A DNA stretch of 31,517 nt from Chiloscyllium plagiosum (Eukaryota), in NCBI RefSeq assembly GCF_004010195.1, contig NC_057752.1, positions 15,203,585-15,235,101 of the forward strand, given 5' to 3'. Positions 12,027-23,545 of this stretch are shown piece after piece. Position 1 is the first letter of the stretch, and the number at the start of each line of letters is the position of its first letter. Made by a program: the position numbers and the translations under genes. Below the pieces are notes generated by a model that saw only the letters and a list, made by a program, of their open reading frames with translations, was not told the origin of the DNA and searched no databases.

Positions 12027-14000
12027 TTGTGTTTGATGGGGGACAGTGTAGAGGAAGCTTTCCTCTGTATCTAACTCCATGGTGTCCCTGTCCTGGGAGT
12101 GTTTGATGGGGGAGAGTGTAGAGAGAGCTTTACTCTTTATCCAAACTCATGCTGTCCCTGCCCTTGGAGTGTTTGATGAAGGATAATGTGGAGAGAGCTT
12201 TACTCTGTATCTAACTCCGTGCCCTCCCTGTCTTGTGAGTGTTTGATGGAGACAATGTAGAAGTAGCTTTACTCTGTATCTAATCCTGTGCTGACAGTGT
12301 CCTGGGAGGATAGTGTAGTGGGAGCTTTACTCTGTATCTAACCCCGTGCTGTCCCTGTCCTGGAAGTGTTTGATGGGGGGACAGTGTAGAGGGAGCTTTA
12401 CTACTGCAAAAAATACGGAGGTATGGCATTGAGGGTGAGTTGGAGGTTTGGATTAGGAGTTGGCTGGCTGGAAGACAGAGGAGGGTAGCAGTTGATGGCA
12501 AAGGTTCATCTTGGAGTGCCGTCACTAGCGGTGTTCCGTAAGGATCTGTTTTGGGACCATTGCTGTTTGTCATTTTTATAAATGACCTGGAGGAGGGGGT
12601 TAGAAGGTTGGGTGAGCAAGTTTGTGGATGATACGAAAGTCGGAGGAGTTGTAGACAGTGAGGAAGGATGTGGCAGGTTACAGCGGGATATAGATAAGCT
12701 GCAGAACTGGGCAGAAAGGTGGCAAATGGAGTTCAATGTAGCTAAGTGTGAGGTGATTCACTTTGGTAAGAGTAATAAAAAGATGGGGTACTGGGCTAAN
12801 NNNNNNNNNNNNNNNNNNNNNNNNNNNNNNNNNNNNNNNNNNNNNNNNNNNNNNNNNNNNNNNNNNNNNNNNNNNNNNNNNNNNNNNNNNTCATTGGAGA
12901 AAAGAAGGTTTGGGGTGACTTGATAGAGGTGTATAAGATGATTAGGGGTTTAGATTGGGTCGACAGTGAGAATCTTTTTCCTCGTATGGAGTCAGCTATT
13001 ATGAGGGGGCATAGCTTTAAATTAAGGGGGGGTAGGTATAGGGCAGATGTTAGGGGTAGGTTCTTTACTCAGCGTGTCGTGAGTTCATGGAATGCCCTGC
13101 CAGTAGCAGTGGTGGACTCTCCCTCATTATGGGCATTTAAGCGGGCATTGGATAGGCATATGGAGGATAGTGGGCTAGTGTCGGTTAGGTGGGCTTGGAT
13201 TGGCGCAACATCGAGGGTCGAAGGGCCTGTACTGCGCTGTATTCTTCTATGTTCTATGTTCTATATTACTCTGTATCTAACCCCGTGCTGTCCCTGTCCT
13301 GGGAGTGTTTGATGGGGGACAGAGTAGAGAGAGCTTTACTCTGTATCTAACCCGTGCCGTTCCTGTCCTGGGAGTGTTTGATGGGGACAGTGTTAAGAGA
13401 ACTTTGCTCTCAGCTTAAAAGCGTTGAGGAAGTTTTAGTTTCAGTTTACTTTCAGATTAGAAGAGTAGAGAGAACTTTTCTTTCAGATTAAAGAGAAGGG
13501 ACAGCTTTACTCGGTATTTAACTTCCTGTTGTCCCTGTCTTAGGGTTGCTTCTTGGGGACAATGACGAGGGAGCTTTACTTCCTGTTACTTTTACTTTAA
13601 AAGAGTAGAGAGAGCTTCACTCTGCATTTAGCCCCATGCTGTAATTGTCCTGGGTCTGTTTGATAGACACAGTATTGAAGGACATTTACTTTCTGTTGAG
13701 AAGAGCAGAGACAGCTTTACTCTGTATCTAACCCGATGATGTCCCTGTCCTGGGAATGTCTGATCAGGCTGTTTTGAGGGAACTTTACTTTCTGTCTACT
13801 TATAGATAAAAGAATAGAGGGAGTGTTACCCTGTATCCAACGTCATGCTGTACCGGTCCCGGGAATGTTTGATCGGAACAGTTAAGAGGGAGCTTTACTT
13901 TCAATTTAAAAGTGTAGTGAGAAATTTACTCTGTATCTAATCTCATGCTGTACCTGTCCTGGAATTCTTTGATAGGAACAGTGTAGAGGAGATTTACTCA
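12027..14000 (+). repeat. ~70-bp minisatellite array split by a CR1 insertion; distal units (13400-14000) are degenerate
   Basis: Units at 12027-12402 and 13266-14000. Confidence 0.9.
12403..13265 (+). mobile_element. 5'-truncated young CR1 with intact 3' tail (ttctatg)n; contains a 91-N gap (12800-12890)
   Basis: FVDDTK, LQNWAERWQMEFN, FFTQRVVSSWN; 5-bp TSD ttact at 12398-12402 and 13266-13270. Confidence 0.93.
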
Positions 14001-14159
14001 GTCTCGAAATCCACTTTCCCAGATTTTGATATCCTTCTTAATCTTACATAAATCAAACATGATTCTCCAGCCTAATGGGTGCTTTGTAAAGTCCTGGCAT
14101 TACCCCCTAGCATTGGAGCTTGATATCTCTGCTGATAAATCCAAGGCTGTGATACGGAT

Positions 14160-15212
14160 TGTTAGCTGAAGACTCAACACTGACATTTTCGACAAACCCA
14201 CTGACTTCCACAGCTACCTGGACTACACCTCCTCCCACCCAGCCTGCTGTAAAAATGCTATCCCTTATTCCCAACACCTCCATCTGTACCGCATCTGCTC
14301 CCAGGAGGACCAGTTCCACCACAGAACATGCCAGATGGTCTCCTTCTTTAAAGACTGCAATTTCCCCTGCCGCGTGGTTGATGATGCCCTCCAGTGCATC
14401 TCCTCCACTTCCTGCACCTCCCCCCTTGAACCCCACCGCTCCAACCATAAGGACAGAATCCCCTGGTCCTCACCTTCCACCCCAACAACCTCCGTATACA
14501 TCGCATCATCCTCTGCCATTTCCGCCACCTAAAAACGGACCCCACTGCCAGAGATATCTTTCCCTCCCCACCCCTATCCGCTTTCCGTAAAGACCGTTCC
14601 CTCCGTGACTACCTTGTCAGATCCACGCCCCCCAACAACACACCTGCCCCTCTTGGCATCTTCCCTTGCCACCACAGGAATTGCAAAACTTGTGACCACA
14701 CCTCCTCCCTCACCTCCATCCAAGGCCCCAAAGGAGCCTTCCACACCCAACAAAGTTTCACCTGTACATCCACCAATGTCATTTATTGTATCCATTGCTC
14801 CCAATGCAGTCTCCTTTATGTTGGGGAGACTGGACGATTTCTTGCAGAGTGCTTTAGGGAACATCTCTGCGACACCCGCATCAATCAGCCCCACTGCCCT
14901 GTGGCTGAACATTTCAACTCCCCCTCCCACTTGCCACTTCCTCCCTCACCACTCAATGCCTGGAGAAAGAATGCCTCATCTTCTGCCTTGGAGCACTTCA
15001 ACCCCAAGGCATCAATGTGGACTTCACCAGTTTCCTCATTTCCCCTTTCCCCAATCTCTCCACCCCCGAGGTTCCTAGCTTCATTCCTGATGAAGGGCTT
15101 TTGCCCAAAACATCGATTCTCCTGCTCCTCAGATGCTGCCTAACCTGCTGTGCTTTTCGAGCACCACACTCTTGACTCGAATCTCCAGCATTTGCAGTAC
15201 TTACTTTCGCTT
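14160..15212 (+). mobile_element. Penelope-like element 3' part: RT C-terminus, GIY-YIG endonuclease, pseudo-LTR
   Basis: Frameshifted KPTDFHSYLDYTSSHP..NAIPYSQ..RICS and NVIYCIHCSQCSLLYVGET..VAEHFNSPSH. Confidence 0.88.
15083..15118 (+). ncRNA. Degenerate minimal type I hammerhead ribozyme in the Penelope pseudo-LTR
   Basis: attc-CTGATGA-a-GGGC tttt GCCC-AAAACATC-gatt. Other copies in the window read GAAACGTC, so two CpG-type G>A changes hit the core. Confidence 0.65.
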
Positions 15213-15596
15213 CTCAACATAACCACCCACATCCATTCAATTGTGATCATCTCCCTGTCCCAACCAGCATCCCATTTCAACTGTGCCTTCTATTTTATAT
15301 TGCCTCTCCAATTCTTCCTGCAAAATGCTATCAGTTCACACAGATCTGCATTAAATTTAATCTGGAACTTCTCAGGCCATTCCAGCAATCTGTCCATTGT
15401 CCCTTGATCTTTCACTGTTCTCCCTCAGTCTCTTAACAATGTGAAGTTTTGTATCGTTTGCAAAAGTTGTGGTGATGCCTGAGCCCATATCAATCTCGGA
15501 GGGGTGATAACGCCTTGCACCATTACCGCTACTCTGAAACACCAGGCTTTCTGTCCCACCTTTCATTTCATATGGTTGGTTCCTAAAGGACATGGG

Positions 15597-15700
15597 GGAA
15601 AAACAAGACTCCAGGTGCTGGAGATCAGAATCAAAACATGCGGTATTGGAAAAGGATAGCCGGTCAGGCAGCATCCGAGGAGCAGGAGAGTCAACATGTC
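15597..15700 (-). mobile_element. Penelope pseudo-LTR fragment
   Basis: ggtcaggcagcatccgaggagcaggagagtcaac, homologous to 15110-15212. Confidence 0.75.
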
Positions 15701-16460
15701 TGGGCAGAGAAATGGCAGATGGAGGTTAATCTGGATAAATGTGACATGATGCATTGTGGAAGCATCAACATACAGAGGGGTTGAGGCTTACAGCTCCACA
15801 CTTCTCTGTCAGTGACAACACAAGTGGATAAGGTGGTCAGGAAGGCATACGACATGCTTGCCTTCATCAGTAGGCACAGATTATAAGAATTAGCAAGGAA
15901 TGTTGCAGCTGCATGGAACTTTAATCAGGCTACATTTGGAGTATTGTGTGCAGTTCTGGTCGCCACATTCCCAGAAGGATGTGGAGGCTTTGAAGAGGGT
16001 ACAGAAATGGTTTATCAAGATGTTGCCTGTTTGGACGGTATTATCTATGAGGAGAGATTGGTTGCTTTTCACTTGAATGCCAAAGGATGAGGGGCAACCT
16101 GGTAGAAGCATATAAAATTATGAAAGGCATGGGTAGAATGGGTAATCGGAATCTTTTTTCCTAGAGTAGAAATATCAATTAGTAGGGGATATAGGATTAA
16201 GGTAAAAGTGGGTCAGTTTAAAGAAGATGTGAGAGGCAAGTTTTTTACAGAGGTTGGTAAGTACCTGGAATGTGCTGCCAGAGGAGGCGGTAGAGGTGGA
16301 TACAACAGCAATGTTTTAAAGAGTTCTTGAGAGATACATGAGGTAGGAAACGGAGGACCACGTGGAGACAAAAGTTTTTTTGTTTGGAAAGACACAATGT
16401 GTTAGCGCAGTCCTGGTGGGCCAAAGGGCCCATTCCTGTACTAGACTGTTCTTTGTTCTT
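15700..16460 (+). mobile_element. Decayed CR1 3' region
   Basis: tgggcagagaaatggcagatggag (WAEKWQME), HLEYCVQFWSP, tail ctgttctttgttct. Confidence 0.85.
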
Positions 16461-16509
16461 TATTGGACAATCAAGCCCACTTGATTGACACCATATCCCC
16501 AAATGACTC

Positions 16510-16770
16510 CTCCCTCCATTACTGACAGACAGTAGCAGTAGTATGTACCATCAAAAGATGCACGGCAGAAATTAACTGAAGATCCTTAGCACCTTCCAAA
16601 CCCACAACCACTTGCATTTAGAAGGACAAGGGCAGCAGCTACATGGGAATGTCACCACCCACACGTTCCCCTCCGAACCACTTACCATCCTGACTTGGAA
16701 ATGTATCATTGCTCCTTCACAGTTGCTGGGTCAAAATCCTGGAATTCTTTCCTCAAAGGCATAGATAGTG
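16510..16770 (+). mobile_element. 3' fragment of the LINE family seen at 370-895
   Basis: catgggaatgtcaccacc...ccatcctgacttggaa...gggtcaaaatcctggaattc. Confidence 0.65.
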
Positions 16771-16950
16771 ATGGGGTTGTAACAGGATGGGGATAGGAAC
16801 AGGGAGGAGGAAGCAGGGGCACCAAGGATGAGGAAGGGGAAGAGTGGGAAGAGGGAGGGGAATGGTTTACAGGCTGGGGAGGGGGGGTGGGAAGCAAGGG
16901 GGGTGGAGGTGGATACGGAGAGGGATGGGAAGTGGATGGCAATGAAGAGG
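16770..16950 (+). repeat. Low-complexity G/purine-rich tract
   Basis: Many GGG-G7 runs, e.g. ggggagggggggtgggaagcaagggggg. Confidence 0.85.
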
Positions 16951-17286
16951 CAGATGTCCAGCCATTCGAGACTCTTCAATGTACTCAAGGTTGGTCTGGA
17001 TTTCCTCTGCATGTGTTGGGTCCGTGCATTTCATTGGTTCAAATCCCTGTCCTCAACAGTGCAGTTACTAACATGTCCTAGAGCTCGGGAGATGCCAGAT
17101 CAATGACTAGCGATCTCACCACCTCCTCCTGAAGTGATTGGCACCATTCAAGTGGGGCCTGCTCAAAATGCCTATCCTTCTTTGATTGGGGCTGCCTTTC
17201 AATGTGACAAATTGCAGGCAAATGCCACCAGAGCAGACATCATGCACCATGTGCCATTCACTGCTAAATTCAGCAGAATCCCTCAC

Positions 17287-17399
17287 CTTGACCTGGCCCA
17301 TGGTTTGGGCTGTGCACTGGGTGTAGTTGGTCCATATTCGATTGCTCGAAGGGTGTCGATACCACTTCCCATTTTCAGTACAGATCTTGGTTGCCTTTT
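17287..17399 (-). CDS. calcrl: Calcitonin receptor-like GPCR, ECD exon: (E)[37 protein letters not shown]; 113 nt
   Basis: Resembles human CLR [38 protein letters not shown]. Acceptor ctctttttag at 17400, donor AAG|gtgagg at 17286. Confidence 0.96.
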
Positions 17400-18230
17400 C
17401 TAAAAAGAGAGTTGCAGACATGTCAAAGATGCCTTGCTATTCTTGAAGTAAATGGATCGAACAGAAAGGGCAATATGCAGGTCGACAATATTGCAGAGTT
17501 AGACCATAGGCTGTCTTTGTGATGTGTCTCAAGGTTTGGATTTGAGATTCAATCAGATGAATTGAGTTGAACGTAAGACGATATCCAGGTCAGGGCATGG
17601 ACTGGTGACAAGTGCGTACAGTGTGGGTGCAGCTGATATGGTGGCTTCAATCTTCCCTGAATGATTTTGTCACTAGGATATCAGATAATAACACAGAAGA
17701 TGCTGGAAATACTCAGCGGATCAATCGACATCTGTGGAGAGAGATAAACAGAGCTAACATTTGAGATTCCACAGAACCTGTCATCAGAACCGGGACAAGT
17801 TAGAAATCTGGTCAATTTTAAGTGAGGGAGAAGGAGAGGTAGGTTGGGGAAAAGAGACGTCTCTGATCGGATGGAGAGCAGGAGAGATTAAATAATGAAA
17901 GGCTTCATGATGCAAGGCCCAAGGGAATGTGAAGCGGCAAGAAGCTATGGATATGACTCGAGGAGGTGTGAATGGCAGAAAGTTGATTGGCTTTCGTCTG
18001 AAAGGAAATGAATAGAAAACAAGCGAGTGAACCCAAAACCCGCAAAAAATAAGGAAGCAGAATGGAGGTAGGCGTTACCATCTGAGTTTTGGTGAATTCA
18101 GTGTTGAACCCAGAAGGCTGTAAAGTGGCTCAGTGCGAAATGCTGTTCCTCAAACTTGACCTTCACTGGGACACTGCAGGAGGCAGAGGTCATTGAGATT
18201 CGAGTGGGACGAAAGAGAAGAAAATGACAG

Positions 18231-18421
18231 GCGAGAGAGTGGTGCTGGAAAAGCACAGATGGTCAGGCAGCATCCAAGAAGCAGGAGAATCGACGTTTCG
18301 GGCAAAAGCACTTCAATCCTGACCTGAAACGTTGATTCTCCAGTTCCTTGGATGCTGCCTGACCTGCTGCACCCCACTCTCGATTCTCATCTCCAGCATC
18401 TGCAGTCCTCACTTTCTCCTC
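18231..18421. mobile_element. Hairpin (fold-back) Penelope pseudo-LTR mini-element, 14-bp TSD
   Basis: Inverted arms ggtcaggcagcatcc..gagaatcgacgtttc / gaaacgttgattctcc..ggatgctgcctgacc; TSD gaagaaaatgacag at 18217-18230 and 18422-18435. Confidence 0.85.
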
Positions 18422-18759
18422 GAAGAAAATGACAGATGACTGGGAATTCAGAGGTCAGACTTGCAAATTGAATGGAGGTATTGCACAGAGCAGTCACCTC
18501 GTCTGTGTTTTATCTCCCCAGTGTTGAGGTGCACTGTGATCAGATCAGTAGATCAGATTGGAGGAAGTACAAGTGGATTGCTGTTTCACATCCCATAGAG
18601 TTTTTGAGGCCAAGGACAATGGAAAGATCAGATGATGCATCTCCTGCACTTGGCCAGGAAGCTGCTGTTGGGATGGAAGGAAGTTCAAAGTTTGTGAGAA
18701 AATTTGTAGCTCGGGTGCTCGTTGTTGTGGTTCTGTTCGCCGAGCTGGGAATTTGTGTT

Positions 18760-18799
18760 GCAGACGTTTCGTCCCCTGTCTAGGTGACGTCCTCAGTGT
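18760..18799 (-). ncRNA. Minimal type I hammerhead ribozyme, core intact
   Basis: aca-CTGAGGA-c-GTCaCCT agac AGGgGAC-GAAACGTC-tgc. Confidence 0.7.
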
Positions 18800-20518
18800 T
18801 TGGGCGCCTCCTGTGAAACGCTTCTGTGGTGTTTCCTCCGGCATTTGTAGTGGTTTGTACCTGCCGCTTCCGGTTGTCAGTTCCAGCTGTCCGTTGCAGT
18901 GGCTGGTATATTGGGTCCAGGTCGATGTGCTTATTGATTGAATCTGTGGATGAGTGCCATGCCTCTAGGAATTCTCTGGCTGTTCTCTGTTTGGCTTGTC
19001 CTATAATGGTAGTGTTGTCCCAGTCGAATTCATGTTGCTTGTCATCTGCATGTGTGGCTACTAAGGATAGCTGGTCGTGTCGTTTCGTGGCTATTTGGTG
19101 TTCATGGATGCGGACCGTTAGCTGTCTTCCTGTTTGTCCTATGTAGTGTTTTGTGCAGTTCTTGCATGGTATTTTGTAAACTACATTAGTTTTGCTCATG
19201 CTGGGTATCGGGTCCTTCGTTCTGGTGAGTTGTTGTCTGAGGATCCGCATCCATGAACACCAACTAGCCACGAAACGACACGACCAGCTATCCTTAGTAG
19301 CCACACACACAGATGACAAGCAACATGAATTCGACTGGGACAACACTACTATTATAGGACAAGCCAAACAGAGAACAGCCAGGGAATTCCTAGAGGCATG
19401 GCACTCATCCACAGATTCAATCAATAAACACATNNNNNNNNNNNNNNNNNNNNNNNNNNNNNNNNNNNNNNNNNNNNNNNNNNNNNNNNNNNNNNNNNNN
19501 NNNNNNNNNNNNNNNNNNNNNNNNNNNNNNNNNNNNNNNNNNNNNNNNNNNNNNNNNNNNNNNNNNNNNNNNNNNNNNNNNNNNNNNNNNNNNNNNNNNN
19601 NNNNNNNNNNNNNNNNNNNNNNNNNNNNNNNNNNNNNNNNNNNNNNNNNNNNNNNNNNNNNNNNNNNNNNNNNNNNNNNNNNNNNNNNNNNNNNNNNNNN
19701 NNNNNNNNNNNNNNNNNNNNNNNNNNNNNNNNNNNNNNNNNNNNNNNNNNNNNNNNNNNNNNNNNNNNNNNNNNNNNNNNNNNNNNAGGTGTTCTTCTTC
19801 CTCTTTTTGCAGTTCTGGTGTACTGCAGTATGTTGTGGCCCTTTTGAACACGCTGCAGTACACCAGAACTGCAAAAAGAGGAAGAACAACACCTATACAA
19901 TGTATTCGCCAAAAACGGATACCCGCGCAACTTCATCAACAAATGCCCAAGGGAAAGACAATGGAACGAGGACATGCCACAACCCAAAGGACTAGCCACA
20001 CTACCATACATCAAGAGCATCTCCGAACTGGCAGCCAGACTACTGCGACCACTAGGACTCATAACAGCACACAAACCAACAGCCACTCTCAGACAACAAC
20101 TCACCAGAACGAAGGACCCGATACCCAGCATGAGCAAAACTAATGTAGTGTACAAAATCCCATGCAAGGACTGCACAATACACTACATAGGACAAACAGG
20201 AAGACAGCTAACGATGAACACCAACTAGCCACGAAACGACACGACCAGCTATCCTTAGCAGCCACACACGCAGATGACAAGAACATGAATTTGACTGGGA
20301 CAACACTACTATTATAGGACAAGCCAAACAGAGAACAGCCAGAGAATTCCTAGAGGCATGGCACTCATCCACAGATTCAATCAATAAGCACATCGATCTG
20401 GACCCAATATGCCGGCCACTGCAACGGACAGCTGGAACTGACAACCGGAAGCGACAGATTCAAACCACTACAAATGCCGGAGGAAACAACACAGAAGCGC
20501 TTCACAGGAGGCTCCCAA

Positions 20519-20558
20519 GCACTGAGGATGTCACCTAGACAGGGGACGAAACGTCTGC
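20519..20558 (+). ncRNA. Minimal type I hammerhead ribozyme, core intact
   Basis: gca-CTGAGGA-t-GTCaCCT agac AGGgGAC-GAAACGTC-tgc; stem I gca/tgc; palindromic ACGT stem III. Confidence 0.75.
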
Positions 20559-21041
20559 AACACAAATTCCCAGTTCGGCGAACAGAACCACAACATGGAA
20601 GGAAGTGTCCGGGATGATGATGAATGGAGCAAGGGGTCACGAAGGGAACAGGCCCTTTAGGATTCTGAAAAAGGAAGGGCAGGTGAGGATATGGGAGGCG
20701 GAGGGACCACCTTGGAGAAGGCAGAAATGGCAGAGAATCATCTGTTGCATTTCGAGGTTGCTGGGTTAAAAGTGTGGATGAGAGAAGGAAAGGGAAAGGT
20801 GAGACCAGGAATGTAACCTATTTCTCAGACAGAGTAGAGGGGGCCCCTGTCAATCACAGTGGTTGAGAATTCTCTGCTGAGGGGAAAGGATGATATATCA
20901 GAAGCACTTGCGTGGAAGGTGGCATCATTAGAATGGAGGCAATGCAAACAGAGGAACAAGAAGAATAGAATGGATTCCTTACAGGAAGCAGAGTGTGGGG
21001 AAATATCATTGAAATTGCCATGAGCTTGTAGTGCTCATTCA

Positions 21042-21195
21042 TTTGGTGGTGGAATGGCAATGTCACTGAACTAGTAATTCAGCATTCCAGGGACATGGGT
21101 TCAAATCCCAACATGGCAGATCGTGAAATTTGAATTCAATGAACATTTGGAAAGTAAAAAGGCTAGTCTAATGGTAACCGTGTTGACTGTGGACT
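21042..21195 (+). mobile_element. 5' part of a second tRNA-derived SINE family
   Basis: A-box-like tggtggaatggcaatgtcact, B box gggttcaaatcc, then gaaatttgaattcaat. Confidence 0.55.
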
Positions 21196-21209
21196 TTCAG
21201 TTGGCAACT

Positions 21210-23070
21210 GATAAAATAACTCATAAGCGACTGTTAGCTTAAGTTCATGGAACCAAAGGCAAATTATTGACCGGATAGGAAACTGGCTGAGCAGAAGGAG
21301 ACCGAGAGTAGTGACAATGGACAAATCCTCCGACTGGCAGGACATGACTCATGGTGATCCATAGCAAACTGCATTGGGGCCTCAGCTGTTCGCTGAATTG
21401 ATGAGATAGGCATATCCAAATGTGTCAAGAACATAAAACATGGGCAGCATTGTAAACAGCGTAGTTGGAAAAGCAAAACTGGCAAATGGATTTGAATGTT
21501 GGAAAATGTGCACTCATCCATTTTAGACCTACAAAGGATCAAACAGGATTCTCCCTAAATGGGGAAAAGCTAGAAACGCGGAGGAACATAGAACATAGAA
21601 CATGGAACATAGAAGAATACAGCGCAGTACAGGCCCTTCGGCCCTCGATGTTGCGCCGATCCAAGCCCACCTAACCTACACTAGCCCACTAAAAGACTTG
21701 GGGATCCAGATACTTAGATCATTTAAATGTCATGACCAAGTACAAAAAAAACATTGAAAAGGTGAATGGAATACTGGTCTTTATACCTAGTGGGTTAGAA
21801 TACAAGCTTTAGTTACACTTAGCCCTGGCTAGATCATGAAACAAAGATAAAGAAAGAATTGCAGATTCTGGAAATCAGAAGCAAACGCAGAAATTCCTGG
21901 AGAAACTCAGCAGCTCTGGTAGCATCTGTGCAGAGAAATCAGAGTTAACGTTTTGGGTCCAGTAACCTGTCTTCAGAATTGAGTCTGCCAGACCTTCTGA
22001 GTTTTTCCAGCAATTTCTGTTTTTGTTCCTGGTTTGATGCCACCTGCAAAACTGTGAGCAGTTCTGGGCTCCAAACCTTAGCAAAGAGAAACTGGCTTTG
22101 GAGGGAGTGTACTACAGATTCACCAGAGTGATAACTGGACTCCAACTGGGTGAAGAGATGGGGAGAGATTAAGCAAATTTTAGCTGTCATCCCTGGAATT
22201 TAGAAGGTCAAGGGATGATTTGATCAAAGATTTCAAGATATGAAGAAGAGATAGGGGAGATGGAAACACTTTCCATTTATTGTGGGTGGGGGCAGGTGTT
22301 CAGGACTGAAGGTCATAATCAAAAATTAGAGACAGACCAGTCAGGAGTGAAATTGCATTCAATCCTGGTCTCCGTGCTATAGGAAAGACGTTACTAAACT
22401 TGGAATAGTTCAGAAAAGGATGTTGCCAGGGTTGGAGGGTTTGAGTCACAGGGAGAGGCTGAATAGGCTGAGGCTGTTTCCCCTGGAATGTTGGAGATTG
22501 AGGAGTGACTTTATAGAGGTTTATAAAATCGTGAATAGCCAAGGTCTTTTTTCTCAGGGTAGGGGAGTCCAAAACTAGAGGACAGAGGTTTAAGGTGAGA
22601 GGAGAAAGATTAAAAAGGGACCTAAGGGGTAACCTTTTCATGCAGAGGGTGGTGTGTGTATGGAATGAGCTGCCAGAGGAAGTGGTGGAGGCTGGTACAA
22701 TTACACATTTAAAAGATGGGTATATGAATAGGAAGGGTTTAGAGGGATATAGGCCAAATGCTGGCAGATGGGACTAGATTAGTTTGGGATATTTGGTCAG
22801 CATGGACAAGTGGGACTGAAGGGTCTGTTTCTGTGCTGTACAATTCTATGATTCTATACAGGACAGGAGGAGATTGTGATTCTCATGCTCTCATGGCGAT
22901 TGTGTGAAATCAATGATTAAACTTCAAAGTGACAATGATGGGTACTTGTTACAGCTGTTAAGTTAAAAGTGGACAATGGCAGACCTATAGAGTTAGGTCA
23001 CTGATCAGCCCTGATCTCACTGAATGGTGGGATAATTCAGGGAGCTAATGGTCTCCTTCTGGTCCTACAT
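21210..23070 (+). mobile_element. Old CR1 with nested inserts: minus CR1 tail (21585-21690), Penelope hairpin mini-element (21839-22030), younger plus CR1 3' end (22353-22858)
   Basis: WQMDLNVGKC motif; 21585-21690 is the reverse complement of the tail at 13170-13264; LFMQRVVCVWNELPEEVVEAG. Confidence 0.8.
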
Positions 23071-23227
23071 TCCAATGATCACTTCAGAATCCTTTAGGTG
23101 TTAGGGGATCGCTATTGTCTAACCAGCATGCACGGCAAAGCTGAAATCAGAAAGTTGATACGTGTATTTAATTTTTGATTATGCCCCTCAGTCCTGGACA
23201 CCTGCACCCACCCACAAGTGAAAAGTA

Positions 23228-23540
23228 GATCAGATTCCCTACAGTGTGGAAACAGGCTCATCGGCCCAACCAGTCTACACTGACCCCCCGAAGAGTAACC
23301 CACCCAGACCCACTACCCTCTGACTAATGCACCTATCGCTATGGGGCAATGTAGCATGGCCAATTCACCTGACCTGCACATCTTTGGATTGTGGGACGAA
23401 ACCAGAGCGCCCGGAGGAAACCCATGCAGACATGGGGAGAATGTGCAAACTCCACACAGACAGTCGCCCGAGGCTGGAATCGAAACTGGGACCCTGGTGC
23501 TGTGAGGCAGCAGTGCTAACCACTGAGCCACCGTGCCACC
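23228..23540 (-). mobile_element. HE1-type V-SINE
   Basis: ggcacggtggctcagtggttagcactgctgcctcacagc head and V-domain. Confidence 0.92.
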
Positions 23541-23545
23541 CCACC

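Larger units (their letters stand above)
18685..20594. mobile_element. Young Penelope-like element with multiple fold-back inversions, GIY-YIG domain and 12-bp TSD; contains a 353-N gap (19434-19786)
   Basis: NVVYKIPCKNCTKHYIGQTGRQLTVRIHEH (GIY-YIG) on both strands; TSD atggaaggaagt at 18673-18684 and 20595-20606. Confidence 0.93.
17685..21010 (-). mobile_element. Old degenerate Penelope element acting as host for insertions at 18231 and 18685
   Basis: Pseudo-LTR-like end gatgctggaaatactcagc...gtcatcagaac. Segments 18440-18684 and 20607-21010 resemble the reverse complement of 14160-15000. Confidence 0.6.

Noticed and set aside
17750..17790. Functional hammerheads in older Penelope ends (also ~21945-21978 and 15083-15118)
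   Set aside because: CTGANGA is present but GAAA or stem II is mutated; treated as relics.
23470..23540. tRNA gene
   Set aside because: The A/B boxes are SINE heads continuing into V-SINE bodies; the same holds for the other copies.
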